This document shows, one piece after another, positions 34,690-49,600 of a stretch of 64,000 bases of DNA. The stretch's first letter is position 1, and every line of letters starts with the position of its first letter. This DNA comes from Styela clava (taxonomy: Eukaryota). The notes beneath the pieces are model-generated. The model ran no database searches, was not told the DNA's origin, and was given only the letters and a program-made list of their open reading frames with translations. The stretch is from positions 23,436,001-23,500,000 of the forward strand of contig NC_135250.1 in NCBI RefSeq assembly GCF_964204865.1, given 5' to 3'. The position numbers and the translations under genes are program-made.

Positions 34690-37600
34690 ATGGAGAATAG
34701 ATCTGTCACAATTTTTGGATTTCCTCCAGCACTGAATGTAATTAAGCTAAAACTGTTTATTGAAAAACAGGTCGAATCAAGTATTGTTGAAAATGTGACA
34801 AAAAATAAAGATGGCTCTGTCACTTTTTTATTCAAAAATCCAAGAGGTATGATAAACTTTTATTGTTTATTGTTACATGTTTACATTATTTCTCAAATTC
34901 CTGTAGCATTTCATTGAAAAACAGTTCCAACCTGTTATGGATCTTTTATATTGCAATTGGGTCATTTGCACAATTCATTTTGCTTATCATCTGATGTGTT
35001 CCACTGAAAATATATATTTTTTTATTGTAATTTATTTTAAAGCTATCGTTCGTGATATATTGTCATGATTTTATCTCAATTGGGCAAATACAAAAATAAT
35101 CAATTTGACAAAATTTATACTCATACATTTGTACTCTACTCACAATAACTACATGGTAAAAGGAAGAAAATAAATAATACTTGAATTTTAAAACATTTTG
35201 ACCATTATGTCTCTTGCACTGCGTAAAAAATATTGTATAGTGAAAAAAGCAAAATCTCTGCGCTAGTTTCTAGATGGTTTCTATTACGTATAAGCCACAA
35301 TTATATGAAGAAACTGCCATCTAAATTTATTTCAATATTTTGAACTTGAATATAAGCATTTGGATTATTTATGATTGCTCAAAAGTTACTATAATTCATA
35401 CATCAAACGTTATAATGATTCTATCATTTACTCCTACTCCCTACTGTAGAAATATTTTAAACATCAGATTTATTTTTAAAACAGCAATTTAATTCATGTA
35501 ATACAACAAGTTGATGGTATAATTTTCAATTTTTTTTTCTTTCAGATTTACAACAGTTTCATAGATCAAACGTAAATGATATTGAATTTGGAAATTCAAC
35601 TTATATTCTACGTGTCATGAACACTGGCAAAGGTAGGAGATTATAGAATTTTCCAACCATCAGAATATTTTAGACATGGGATAAGAGCTATAATTCTCTC
35701 AATTCATTTCTATTCTCAGTTTTATTAGGATTTGAACATTTTAAGCAACGGAATTCTAATGCATTATCTTGGAATGCTTCTTTTCATTATGATATCTATA
35801 TACTGAAAATTTTAAAATTAATTGATCGCTACAAAAATTACATCTTTCTATAATCAATATTTTATTAGGTGACTCTTTTGGAGCCACAGAGAATTTACAT
35901 TCAAGTTCAACATCCTATCAAAAACACACCAAACCTCCTGCTAAGAAAGTTCTGAGGACTAACATTCTTGATTTAATGACTCAGAAGGATTTGTATGAAA
36001 ATGCATATTATTGGAGCAGTTTACCGGTGTTACCTGCTGATGGAGGGTCAAGGTAGAATAATGTTTCACTCAAATGTAAAATATTTTGTTATGAAAAAAG
36101 TCCTGCAAAATGGCAAATTTCAAGGTAGACAAAAGATTTTCAACACAAAAGTAAAAGCTTTGAGAAATGAAAAAAAAAAAAAAACTATTTATCATGCATT
36201 CATTTTTCATATTATATCATGTATAAAAATTTGAGCAATGTAGTTTTGATTTTAGAGTCATATTTAAATCCAATGCTTTCATTCTTGCCAATGGTGTAAT
36301 AAAATGGGTAAGCAATGCTGATGATATGCCTTATTCCACAGATGTGTATTGGTTCAGGGTATTGATACATCAACGACCCATATTCAAAAAGTGACAATGC
36401 ATTTTGAATCAAAGAAACGATCGAATGGGGGACCTGTGTTTTGCATCATTAAAATGATCGATGGACTTCTCAATGTATTTGATGATCCTATAGGTATAAC
36501 GTTGCTATTACTCACATTTATTTTATATATCATTGCCCATATTAGGAATACTCAATTGTTTAGAAGAGCTATTTGCATGATTATTGTACCATAAGAGTGC
36601 CCAAATATTTGCCACCATAAATAATCTCAGTGGCGACTGGCATTTCACTGTTTGTCCTAAACCTTTCTCAAAAATGAGCCTACTCCTGAGTGAATGTGTG
36701 TTCTTGCTTTTAGTATATTCTCTTAAAAATGGTTTAACTTGGCATATTGAATTCCGAACATCTCAGCATATATATGTTTAATCAGTACAGTATAATATAG
36801 TAGTATTAAATTGCTTTTCGCAGATTGTGAAGCTTGTCTTAAGAAGAACGATCAAAAGTTTGATGGTGGGGAAATCATAATCTACCCAAAATTAATTCCT
36901 TCATATTTTGAAAATATCTTTGTGTTGAAGGTAAGCCTTGTGTGTATATTGCTAAACATGGTTCTACCTAATTTTCCTCATTGTTCACTGCTCTCAATTA
37001 CCAATTTGGTATCCACTTTAGTAATCCTTGCAAATTTTCTTGATGCGACGTATTATAGTTTTTTCATGTTTTGTGTATCAGCTCATCATTTTTGTGCTAC
37101 ATATAAAACTTTTGAGAGTTAGAAAAAAGAAAAAGGGAATGCTATTTAAATAGCCTGAGATATCAGATTAAAATGTCGACATATTATTAATATGGGCTCC
37201 ACAATGGCCTTGCGGTTCTTTCAAAACAAGAGTGGCTCCTTTCATGTCATTAGATATCAGTGGCTGCTTGTAGAGGGAGTGAATAAGCGTCATATAAAAC
37301 ATTTGTATACTAAATTCTATCAATTTTCTGTTATTTCAGGGTGTTGGAGCCCAAATAACTATGGATACATTAGTATTGTATTTGGAAAGCTGTTCTGTGA
37401 ATGAAACTGCACCACGCAACTGCGTGAAAACTGATTTACCTGGTGTTTACAGAATTGAATATGGAAATGAATACGGTACATACAACTTGTTTAAACAAAT
37501 TTTTCTAATTATTTGTAACAGTGGGTTGGTTAAACCAGGTCTTCCCAAACTGGGGGTCGCAAAGAGTACACCAATTTCACACAATTTTTGATTCAAAATA

Positions 37601-40600
37601 GAAATATTAAAACTAGTACAAAACATAAATCTCGCGATTTCGAGAGATTACATAGGATCAAATAAGTAGTTCGTTTGCATAACAATGCCGACTATGATCA
37701 CAAGACCCGAGAAAGGTAGGTTCAACTAAACTGTGATTCGAATCATAGTTTTCTTTATGGATACATGTCTAAGGCCTTGTTCATTGTGAACTTCCAGTTG
37801 TAATTTACAAGTCGCCTGGCTGATTTTTCAAAAAACAGTATTATTGGTAATTCAAAAAAAAATCATTTTCAGCATTCTGCTATACTTATTATCGTTAAAA
37901 AAATTAATCAACTTAATTTGAGTGCACAAAAATTTAATTTTTTAATTTATTTTACATGTAGCATATCTCACATTTTCAGATGTATCAGAAACTGAAAATC
38001 TTCTTCGAAATATAAAAGCAAAAAAATTGGAAGGAAATTCACTTAAAGTATGTTGTTATACACTGAAAAAAATATATGACGATATTGCCACATTCTGATA
38101 CGTGTTTATTGTATGTTTTATAAAAATTTAGTAATCTTGGTACCAGTATCAACGAATATTTGTTTATCCAAATTTAAATCATATAGGTCGTTTGGCATAC
38201 TCAACAATACTATTTTCAACAATCAACTCTCTTGATACCCAACATAGAGGCCGTGGTTTGTTTGACACACGATTAAACCATTTTATTAACTTTCCTCTCC
38301 CCCGGAATAAATGCAAAAATCTTATCAGATTGTGTTAAACATTAGGTGCTCCTTTAGTGTGTGCACCAAGATGGCGCACAACCTGAACATAGTATGTGTA
38401 CCAGGTTAAGGATATCAGGTTGTGCGCCATCCTGGTCACATACTACGGGAGTGCCAAAAATTATATGTTATCTGTACCTATCCATAACCTATTGTTAATA
38501 TCTTGTTACAATACATTCCTATTTAAGTTAGACAGCTGTTTTCTGTTTACAGATTTTTAATATAAGCAAATTAATAATTTTCCGATCAGGTCACACCTTT
38601 GCTGAGAACAGATTGTTTAAAAGTATTCGACATTCCGGCTGACGCAACAAATAGTAAAATAAGGTTAATATTCGAAAGCAAAAAACGTACTGGTGGTGGT
38701 CCTGTCACCAGGATTGATAGATTGAAAGACAACAAGGCTTTGGTATATTTTGCACTGCACACAGGTACTTCGCTGTTCTATTTTAACTTAATGAAATTGA
38801 TCAAATATTGTGTAGGCCTCGGATCTAACTATGTTGCTGCCATAAGTTAAAGATCTTTTGTTAAACAAACCCAATGCTCAACAACTCAGCCAAAAATTAT
38901 AGAAGTACACAATATTAAGTTGACTTGAAAAGATTTCTGTCATGCTAATTGGTGCTAAGCAACTAAATAGCACAAGAATTTACCAAAATTCTACCTTAAA
39001 CACATTTCTGAATTATGGTTATGGAGACACTGTTTTAAACTAGAAAATTTGCAGAATGAATATTTAATGTTATTTAGCATTACTCCAAGTGTAAAGTTCT
39101 TGAGTTCCAAAAATTGATTACTAACAAAAGAAAAACATGTGTCCATATTCAGATATTAATTTTTGTTATGCAACCCTGTCGAGGAGTCAATGCTGCCAAG
39201 ACAATACTGCCAAAGAAAAAGCAAGCAACATTTTTTGATAATAAAAAACTCCATGGCATTGAATTTAAAGCAAGTTCAAAAGTAGAATTCCGGAAATCAT
39301 GCAAAATTACTTTTTCAACTTTTCACATACCGAACTCCATTTTTTATAGATGCTGAGCGAATTTTTAAAAAATTTCATGTTCCTTGTGATCATCCAATTA
39401 TTATCAATAAGAAACCAGTTGAAGTTGAACTATATCATCATTCTCTTGCAAACGATCATTTGAATATATTGGATAATTTCAAACCAACACCTGAAAAGAA
39501 ACCAGGTTTTACATTAATTCGTATATTATTTTTTATTTAATCCAATAAATTCTATTAATGAAAAACCTGATTTATGATGTTTATGTACATTATGTGAATT
39601 GATAATATCGTGTATCAGTTATGATGGTATTTTACCATTACATTATACTGAAAAGGTCTTTATAGTAGAGAAAAATTTACTTCGACTCTAGCTGCAAACT
39701 TTTGCTTTTCACAAAAGGGCTTTGACTCCTGTTTTCTGGTTAACGATAATTTTGACCTGACATATTGAAGATAATTTTCAATTTGACCCCAGGACCTAAA
39801 CTCGAAGAAAAATAAATTTCTGTGAAATAATGTATGCTTTTCTCTAATTGTCAGTTGGTAATGTTGCTCTTTCCTGTGTCATATCAGAAATAATACTGTT
39901 ATAACTATTTTAAGTTAAAAAATAACAAATAATACTTTTCAGAACCAGTCCCGCAACCTGATGTCAGATTGGAACCTTTCGAATTGAAGCCAAATTGTGA
40001 TGAGAAGATCATCAAGTTTATAACTGGAAGTCAAAAGCATATTTCAAAATTGAAGAATGCTTACAAATGTCTGGCAACTGTTGAATTCAGACCACAACAA
40101 CAAGATCAGATTATGACGTTTGTGTTCACATCAAATCAGGTAACTATTGGTGTTGAAAAGAGACTCAAGCTACTGTCTCATCTTCAAAGTGAGTTGGGTC
40201 AACAAGACAAAAAACTGATGCCGGACTTGTATATAATTTTTATCAAGTGTTTGAAACAATATTGATGAAATAGGATTTACTGAATATCTTAATGTTCTAA
40301 ATTGAAAATTCATTTGTTGGGACCATGTAGAAGTAGTCAATGTATTAATTGACCTAAAAAATTAACATTGGCTTATTGAAATATGGGATTCTATGTGTCA
40401 TCTCACTCATATTTGTTCACCTGCATTCATCTAATTGACTATAACTGGAACTCAGCCTATGCCTAGGAACTGCACTGGCTTGATTTGACTTCATTGATTC
40501 TGCTCGAAACTTGTAGAATAGCTGAGATTCATACTTGACTCGAGACTTGGATGACTCATGACTCAACTTTACTCACGACTCTTGTACTGGAACCTTTTGA

Positions 40601-43600
40601 AATATAACTGCACTGAAATTGCAAATTGAAAAAGAGAACATCATTTCAATTTATCAGTTTTTATTGTAAAAGGTGTCGACACAAAAATCAGTGTTCATTC
40701 TCCATAAGATACTCAAAAGTCAATTGCGATTGCAAAAGCCAATTGCTGTAAATATTAATGTCACCTAAAACTATGCCTTTTATGGGATTAATAAATAGAA
40801 CGAGTTTTATAAAAATAATTTGATTATATGATTTGATATATAATTAAATGGGCTTATCTGAGTTCAGTTTATGAAATCAGATTTTTTTCATTTGCATTTT
40901 GTGTGATTTCTCGTCTGTCTCCATTTGAATTATGGTAAAATAGTATTACATATTTCATGTTTTTTGTCATCTTTATTATTGTTGTAACTTTTGTTTAAAA
41001 CTATTCATTAGCATGCCCGATTTTAATTATATTCTGCTTTATACAGAAAAAGAAAAGAGAGACACAAAATGATTTTAACGTAAGGTGTCAAAAAGTTTTT
41101 GAGGATTTTTTGGTGGAATATACATCATCATCTCATACATTCGAAAGATCAAAACTACAAAATGCTCGTTCTTATAAGTTATTTTCTGAAATTGATGAGA
41201 AATATACTGGAAACGTTGACAATGGTGATTTAATTGTTTGGTGAGAAAGCGTTTTTATTCTTTTATCTGGATAGTTTAATGTTCTGTTAGAAGCCAGAAG
41301 TATTGATGATATCTTGCAATAACTAACTGGTTATTAGTGACGGATACAGACACGCATTTGTATATGGAAATGAAATGAAAGTAATGGCCTTTGAGCGACT
41401 TTTTCCATCTTTGAATACTGAAAATTGGATAGTGTCCTTTAGTTTCAAAAAAATAAGGTATTTTAATTAAACATCTAATTATCAAGACAATCAACTTTGT
41501 GTTTTCTTTTACAGTTGGATGCAGAACGAACCAGTTGTTGAAATAACTGGAATTAAGTCATCAGTTGATCATATGATGGATATCATATGTGAATTCAAGT
41601 ATGACTGAAATGTCAGTCAATAACGATCAATTTGGGTGAGTTACCGTAGATTTTTCATCTGTTATAAAAAGGGCTGATGGATAGTTTAATTTATACAAAT
41701 GCTTTAATTCATACAAAAACAACATTTTATTAATGAAATGAACTTTTTCTAAAATGTTTTTTTTCTTCAATCAGATAATAGAATAAGATAGAATTTTTAT
41801 ATTTATCTTGAGAGGGTAGAAAATCAGTAAGACAACTTAATGATATGCCGAACCAACGCCTGTACTCGACCCAGTCAATATCAGATAGGGGGGAATAGTT
41901 AGCCTGTTACATATGTGCTAACCACAGAGCCTTCTTCAATCTGTGCGACAGGATTGCTAGACTCCTTGCCGTCTCCATAGAATAGATATGTAAATCCCGT
42001 TCTATCCTATCTTTATGAATACACAATTACACCTAAGAAGTTATTTTGTTTTAGAAGGCCACCATATTATATTTGGTTTATCTATCTGTCTACCCTAAAT
42101 TTTCGAAACGTTTGAAGTTGATTTTCAAATAGCAAGCGATTTTTTTTCTTTAAACACCGCTTGCAGTCATCAATTTTCTCTTGGTAATGATGATTAACCA
42201 ATTTATTCGAGACCCTGGATGAGGTTGAATTAACTTTCAGGGTCATGCTTGCCCTTGCAAAAAAGCAAGGTGTTCAATTAACTTTCATACAAGCTTGTAT
42301 ATATTAGAATTTGATTTACATTGTGCCATTCGGATTACTATGGGACAATATTTTGACTTGTTTCAGGAAATTTACTAACTATGAACTTGCTAATGACTGA
42401 ATATGTTTATTAAGGTGAATCTTATTATTTCAGAGTTATGGTGAACTGTGGAATTGTTGAACAACTGAGAATAAAGCACAAAAACGTGCAGATAAAATGT
42501 GACATAAAACAACAAAAAATTATATTGACAGGACCCGAGTCTGCACTTTCCGCTTTTCAGATTGATGCTTTGACTAGGTTAAATGTATGTGACTAATCTT
42601 GTACTATTATTTCAGTTTTCATTGAATAATTTACTAAAAATAAGCCTTTGTGTGATTTGCAAGGGGAGTTCTGGACTCATCATCCAATCTGTATACCAGG
42701 AAGGATTAACTGGTTTGCTATAAATCGTGGGGTAATGTGGTTCAGCGAACATGTTGGCACAATGTCCTACAATGTCCTTCCCCCAGCATTCAACGAATTC
42801 GACTTAACTGTGTTGGTGCCGCAGGCTACACAATTTGTGAGAGGCGGGAATAAGCGTCTTCCAAGAAATTAAGTCTTCTCCCTTCTACCCCATATATATA
42901 TAAAAAATTCTATAATTCCATAATTGTTATCACACAAAACAGCGTTTTAATATGCTTTTTGATAAATTATAGTTTTGTACAGTTACCAGTTCAGATTGAT
43001 CATGACAATGGTAAAACATCCAAATCCTTGAAATCAGGGAGGGACCTTTATTCCATAGTTTACCCCTTGGCAAATTTCAGAAGTAAAATTTACCCTCCTT
43101 ACACTATCTTTACCTGTATGACCTGAGTGAATTACAATAAATACAATGGGCTTGCAAAATATATCAACGACCCTAAAGCAGGTTAGATTCCCTCTGGTTG
43201 AAAACCTTTGGTCTAGAATACATTAGCACGTTCAATAGATATACTGATCGAAACACAAATATTAAAATTTGTTGATTATTAAACTTTTATTACATGCAAA
43301 TAATCAAATTTTGGGAATTTCCAAATGTTTTTATTCTCTTTTCAGACCATTGAAAAAAAACGATTGAATGGTTTGGAAGAAAGTGTTGTCAGATATTTAT
43401 CTGAGTCAATGTCAGGATCTGAAGTGATAACCAAACTAATTCAAAATCAGTTGAGGGAAAAAAATATAATAGGTAGACATACTTATGCTAACCAACTAGA
43501 AGCAAATTGGGATTCAATACTGTTTGTCTGTTTATTATCAGAGCTACAAGTTTCAAATCGTATCATTGTGTTCATCTGGTGTCTGTAACTTGTGGCTTGG

Positions 43601-46600
43601 CGAGGTCTGCGGAGTCGGGTAAAATTTACGGTCTACTCTGATTCTAACTCAGAGTAGGAAAAAGGTCCAACAGGGAGTCATGATTCGGGTTGTAATTTTG
43701 ACTTGACTTCAAAATATTTTATTGTGAGATTTTATAATAGGCTATATACAAGTAGTATCCGTGTATGTTTTCCCAGCATTGAGTCTTGGATTTTCAACTT
43801 TAAATGGTTTGTACTGAGATTTATGAAAGTGAGAATACATAACAGGAACATTAATTGATAAAACAAGCATGATTTACGCCTATTGGACTCAGTAAAAAAT
43901 GACGTGGACTCGTAATTTAATTTGAATTTTAAAAATGCATGGATTCTTCGACTCGAATCTGAAACTGAGACCATTTGATTACATCATTTTTCACTTTTCT
44001 TCCCCACAAAAATGGGCATTTCGGAAGTATTCATACCAAGATGACGCACAACCTGAACCCTAACTTGGTACACATACTATGTTCAGGTTGTGCGCATTCT
44101 TGGTACAAATACTTCGGGAGCACCCATAAATGAATATGAAAATTCTTTCCTGCAAATCAATTTTAAATGATAGCGTCAATCATATAAAATTCTTTCCTGC
44201 AAATCAATTTTAAATGATAGCGTCTATCATATTGTGAGGCATCAGTGGCAGTATGCATGTGAGAGTCTTGTTTGGAGTAAAAGGCGAGTAGGTGTCAAAT
44301 AAAATATCACTTTTCTTTAATTTGCACTGAATTTCCTTCCTATAATTACACCCATATTTCTTTTCTAAAGAGTCTCTACAATTTCTCTTTTTTTCTAGCT
44401 ATGATTGGCTTAGATGGTGAAGAACCTTGTCTCAGAGTCGGAACAATTAATGACTTCAAACAAGGAATCAATCTGATCAAGGAATATATTGTTATTGAAA
44501 CGATACGGACTGATGAACCAAGAGCTAACGTTGTAAAATCTCCTGCTTGGAAAGAATTTCATCAAGATTTACGACGAGATAATGCATGTGGAATTTATAT
44601 CAAGGTTGCATATATTATTTATTACCTAGGAATAGAACAAGCCAGCAAATATACACCATAGTTTGAATTTACCACATCCTTATCACACTTACCTTACTAT
44701 TCTGTATTCAATTCTGGTCTGTCTTCAATTATGTTCCCCCATCTTCGTCCCATCAGTAGGTGCAGTGTACTAATATTTAGATACATACTCAAGTAGGGGT
44801 GCTCCCGAAGTATGCGAACCAAGATGGCGGACATCGGAACGTAACAGGTTAGGGTTAGGCGATAAGTTTTTTCCAATTTCTCTTATTTTAGTCCTATTAT
44901 CAGTTCGAAGACTAGCCAAGAGCCTCCCGTAGTATTTATACATAAAATTATGGCCTAACTCTAACCTAGTACACATATTACATTCCGATGTCCACCATCT
45001 TGGTTCGCATACTTCGGGAGCCCCCAAGTAGGTTTATGATATTTGGATTGTTTTACCTCATCTCTGCAAATTGTATCATAAGAGAGCTTGTTAATTTAAA
45101 ATTATTTTAATATCCTTCAAAGTAAACTCCTATCTGGGGATCTGATAATTTCACCATAGTAATTTCATTATGGTGATTTCGGTAGGGTAATTCCATCACA
45201 ATGAAAATACATCACACTAATCCACACTTCTTGAGATGTTTGGAATGGTATGGAATGGAAAGGTTAAAGCAGACTTCAGAATTTAGAGTAAAATACTTAG
45301 GTGTTTTTGTTCATATAAATCAAAAAAGAATCATGGTGATAAAATCACAGTGTAACTAATTACGCTATAATGTACCACAATAATAATATTGTTATGAAAT
45401 TAGAGGGAACTACCGGTAGTTCTTATTTTTGAGCACATATACTCTTCGAATCCCTATTTTTTATCATTAGTTTTTATCTTTAGTTTGTTATAACAAATCA
45501 ATGATAACTTCGATAATGCAAACAGATATATGTAAGCTATGTATATATTTTCAATATCATTTATAATATTATTGTAGTAAATTTGTAAAAGAAGTTGCTT
45601 TTTGGTGCTGTTTGCTTGAAACATCAAAGGCTATCATGATTGTCTCAAAATATATTGTTATTACTGTTAAATGACATTGAACTTGTATATATTTTTAAAG
45701 CTTTTTGGGTCATTTTTTAGCCAAATGAAGAAATCCTGATGGTTGGAATCAGATCAAAAGTCAAAATGCTGAAAGTTGAAATAAACAAATTTCTTGACAA
45801 CAATGCGATCAAACGATATTTTCTGCAATTGCCATATGGTAGTGCGCGTTTTGTCATAGAAAGATCTCCTCTGTTTACTCCTGAAGCTTGTGAAAGGAGA
45901 GAAATAAAGTGTGGATTGACTCCTGAAGGAGGGGGCGGAGTTTTTGCAACAGGAAAAATGAGGGCATTAGATGATGGTAAGACTTTTATAACATTTTGGT
46001 TTTAGCTACAAAATTACATAGAAGGTATAGTAACTATTTTGATTTCAGTAATTTTTGATTTTAGTAAAGACTGCATACTAATTGCACTGCAACAAGAGAT
46101 GAGAGAAAATTGTTTGTGAACACCTAAACCTGAACTTTTATTCTTTTTTTTACTTTTTCTCTTTTGAAAGCCCATAGATACGTTTGTAGCATCGAATGGT
46201 ATGTGCCAAATTACTTGTATATACGTTCGTGGAACAGCAAGTGTTCAATTATTGATATAATTTACACATCATGATTCAAATCCCAAACTTGCCACCTCAC
46301 CCAGGGATTAAGAGATTTAGTAGACTTTGCCATTCCAGGCAGATTTCAGTCCTTCCTAAAATAGCACATCTTCTCATATCATTGAATTGTTGGTACTTGT
46401 ACAGGACCTTATTCAAGATGAAAGGTGTGAATGAGCGTTTCATAAAAGATTCTGAAACATAAGTAGTCCATATACTTACATCATTGATATGGAAAGATTT
46501 TTTAACAGTTAATATCTTGTTAGATATTCAACCTTATTTTTCTTTCAGTTCATACTGATTTTAGAAAGTTACGCAATACAATCATTGAAATGACGCATAC

Positions 46601-49600
46601 TTTGGATGAACCCGGAATTAAAGAATATTATCAGGGAGAAGAAGGCAGAAAATTTCTCGAACAAACAGGACGAGTTAATAATTGCATCATTCTTACCATG
46701 TCAAAAGAATGTGCAGAATGGATTGAATATAATAAGAAGAATTTGTTTTTGGAACCGATAGTTCCAATATCCTCATCTGTAGTAAGTTATACTTAAATTT
46801 ATTTTATACCCATACTTAAATTTTAAGTCAATTGGGCTCGTGCATCTTTTAATTCAATGGTTCTCCACAGCTATTATTTCACCCTGCTCTATCATGAACA
46901 TACCAATTTTTGCTTTTGTCACAATTACGCCAGTTATTTTGTTTGTAAATAAAGTTTAAAAACGAGAATATCGGTTGGAAACCGAAGACTTATCGATCGA
47001 TAGTTAGGGGATCCCCCAAAACAGAAACTGCAGTTTCGATTCATCCGCTCTTGTAACTTGCGCACTGCGCATCGCACACACACACTCGGCGGGTTTCAAA
47101 ATTCTCTCGCTTTACAAAAATCTAGATCACTATATCAATAATTGATTGATAACTCGCTAATTATACGACATAATTCGCCCAAAATCAATAGGCTTCTGGT
47201 CCGAGATAAGATGAATGCACATGCAAAATCTAGAGCAGATTCAATCTCGCTTTCGTGAGATATCGCGTGCATCTAACAGACACACACACAGACAGACAGA
47301 CAGACATACATACAAATACCTATCAATATACTTACCGATCTTAAGATCGATAAGTAATAAAGGGTCAACAAACAAAAGCGAAAGATTTAAAGTGTTACGA
47401 TAGAAAAAGTAAACAAATCACTGTTAATTTACTTTAAAATTATTGCATATTAATTGCACATAGTACATAGTGAAGGCCTTTGCTCTTGTCCTGCAAGAAC
47501 AACTGTGTAGCTTGGTTTGAGAAACTATGAACTGATACAATGATGTACACAAAGCCTCTCCTCTTTCAAATATTTTTTTGGGTTTTCGGGGGCCCCAGTT
47601 GACAAGCAATGGTAAACAAATTTCAAGATATTTAGTGCCCTATTAATCCCGAGACATATGGCATTATCATATAAATGGAAAACTAACTTAATATCTCGTT
47701 GTCAATCAAAACAATCTCTTTTACAGGATTTTAAAGAACAAGAACTGATTTCAGTAACTTTGGCAAAAACTTCTGTCAAACTGAAAGTATGGAAGACAAA
47801 TATTATCAAACATAAGTGTGATGTAATAGTAAACGCTTCAAATCCTGAACTTGCACTTCTTCCTGGAGGGGTTTCTGGGGTTATCAAGGAACTAGGTTAG
47901 TATTTAGTTTTTATATTTCATGACTCTATTTCATTGAACACATTAAGGTCAATTTGGTTGTTGTTGAGGTTTTTCCTCTTTATTGTTGACAGGAGAAAAA
48001 TTACTTCGAATATTGAGTACTTGAGATGAATAAAGCTGCTTGAAGGGTTATACTTTCATTTGTATTTTTTTCTATGCAAGCACATTATAAAAAAGCTGTT
48101 CAATTTTAATTTTTGGGAACACTTTTCTAATTTACAGAAACACTGGTTCACTGACAATTTCATGGAACTCAGTTCCCAGTTTCATTGCAAAGCACAGGTT
48201 TCATGGCCATTTATTCGAGCATTGATTTTTTCTCTGTCTACAATAAAGAGGTAAAACCTCGAGAACAAAAATTTACCAAAATGTGTTCAATAAAATAAAG
48301 TCATAAAAAAATGAATACGGTGACAAAAACAATCAGCAAAAACGCTATGTTACCGACTTTTCAATGTTTCTATTATTTTCAAAGGGAGTGTCGACCTCTG
48401 ATATTCTGGACTGTTTTATATTAAAAATATTTCTCATTCGACTATTTGGTATTCGGAAACAATTTTTTGGTATTTGCAATTGGTATTTTTCAACAATTAC
48501 CTTATGATATGTATAAAAAAAATTGTTTTTTTCATTCAATATATTGAGATACTTGATTTATTCAGATTGTTTAGCTCATTTGCAATTTGTATGAAATGAA
48601 TGAAATTTAAATTCTGTACGCTTTAAACTTTGTTTTGTTTGCCTTCCTGATTCTATAGTCAGTTTTTATTCATATACAAATGAGATGTTTTGTTTTTCCA
48701 GATGGAATTCAATCTCCAGCAGATCAGATCCCAAACTTCTTCTGAAAGCCTGCGTGTTACGAAGTCTGAAATGTGTTGGAACTGCTGGATTAAAATCAGT
48801 AGCAATACCTGCTATAAGTTGTGGCGTCTTCGGAGGAAACATCAGTGTCTGCATTCCACTTATTTTGGATGCTGTTGTTGATTATTTCAATGAAACTCCG
48901 AATTCAAGTGTTAAGCAGGTAAATGCCCCACGAAAAACAGTGGGATAGAATTTTCATATTAATTTTTGGGGAAACGAAAGCTGGTAAAATTGCTTAATTA
49001 TTTGTAAAACTTTGTTTTTTGTCTGTTTTCAATTTATGTCTAATGCTCGACTGATACTTAACCAGTTATTAGATTCAGTTATATAAACTTAATGGCAGAC
49101 ATAACTGACCAGTGGTGCATGTATTAATGTTTCCATTAATGTAATGTTTCCATATTGTTTCACATATATTTATCTTCCGCTAAATTCAAACCTCTAAACT
49201 CGCTGAAGTTGATTAGGTGTGTTGTTTCTAATGCTTGTCATGAAGCACCACCTTTCGAGCCAAGTGAGTTTTATATGACATTTAATTCAGTAATGACCTT
49301 ATATTAGCATATAAATAAATGCTTGGACACTGCCAATTCAAGTCCGAATTTTTTTTTTATTTCCACAAATTAAAGGTTGATTTTGTTGAACTCGACAATC
49401 AAGCAGTACTGGACGCCTTTGTAAAAGCTGTTAAGAAATACCGACCCAAAGAAATGCTTTTGCAACCTTCAAGATTTTTGTCTCAACCTTCAAGATCTCA
49501 ACAGATCAATCAAGCTTCTGGCTCAACAGTGCAAACTTCTTGCTGTAGAATTAGCGTCATTGTTGGGGATATATCAACACAGCATGTAGCTATATTGTTA

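Noticed and set aside
42367-42414. Extra PARP exon (cag…AAG|gtgaat)
   Set aside because: It has an in-frame TGA in the required phase and would leave a 19-nt intron; the flanking exons already join in frame.
44845-44860. Interstitial telomere
   Set aside because: Only about two TTAGGG units, all internal to the MITE family.
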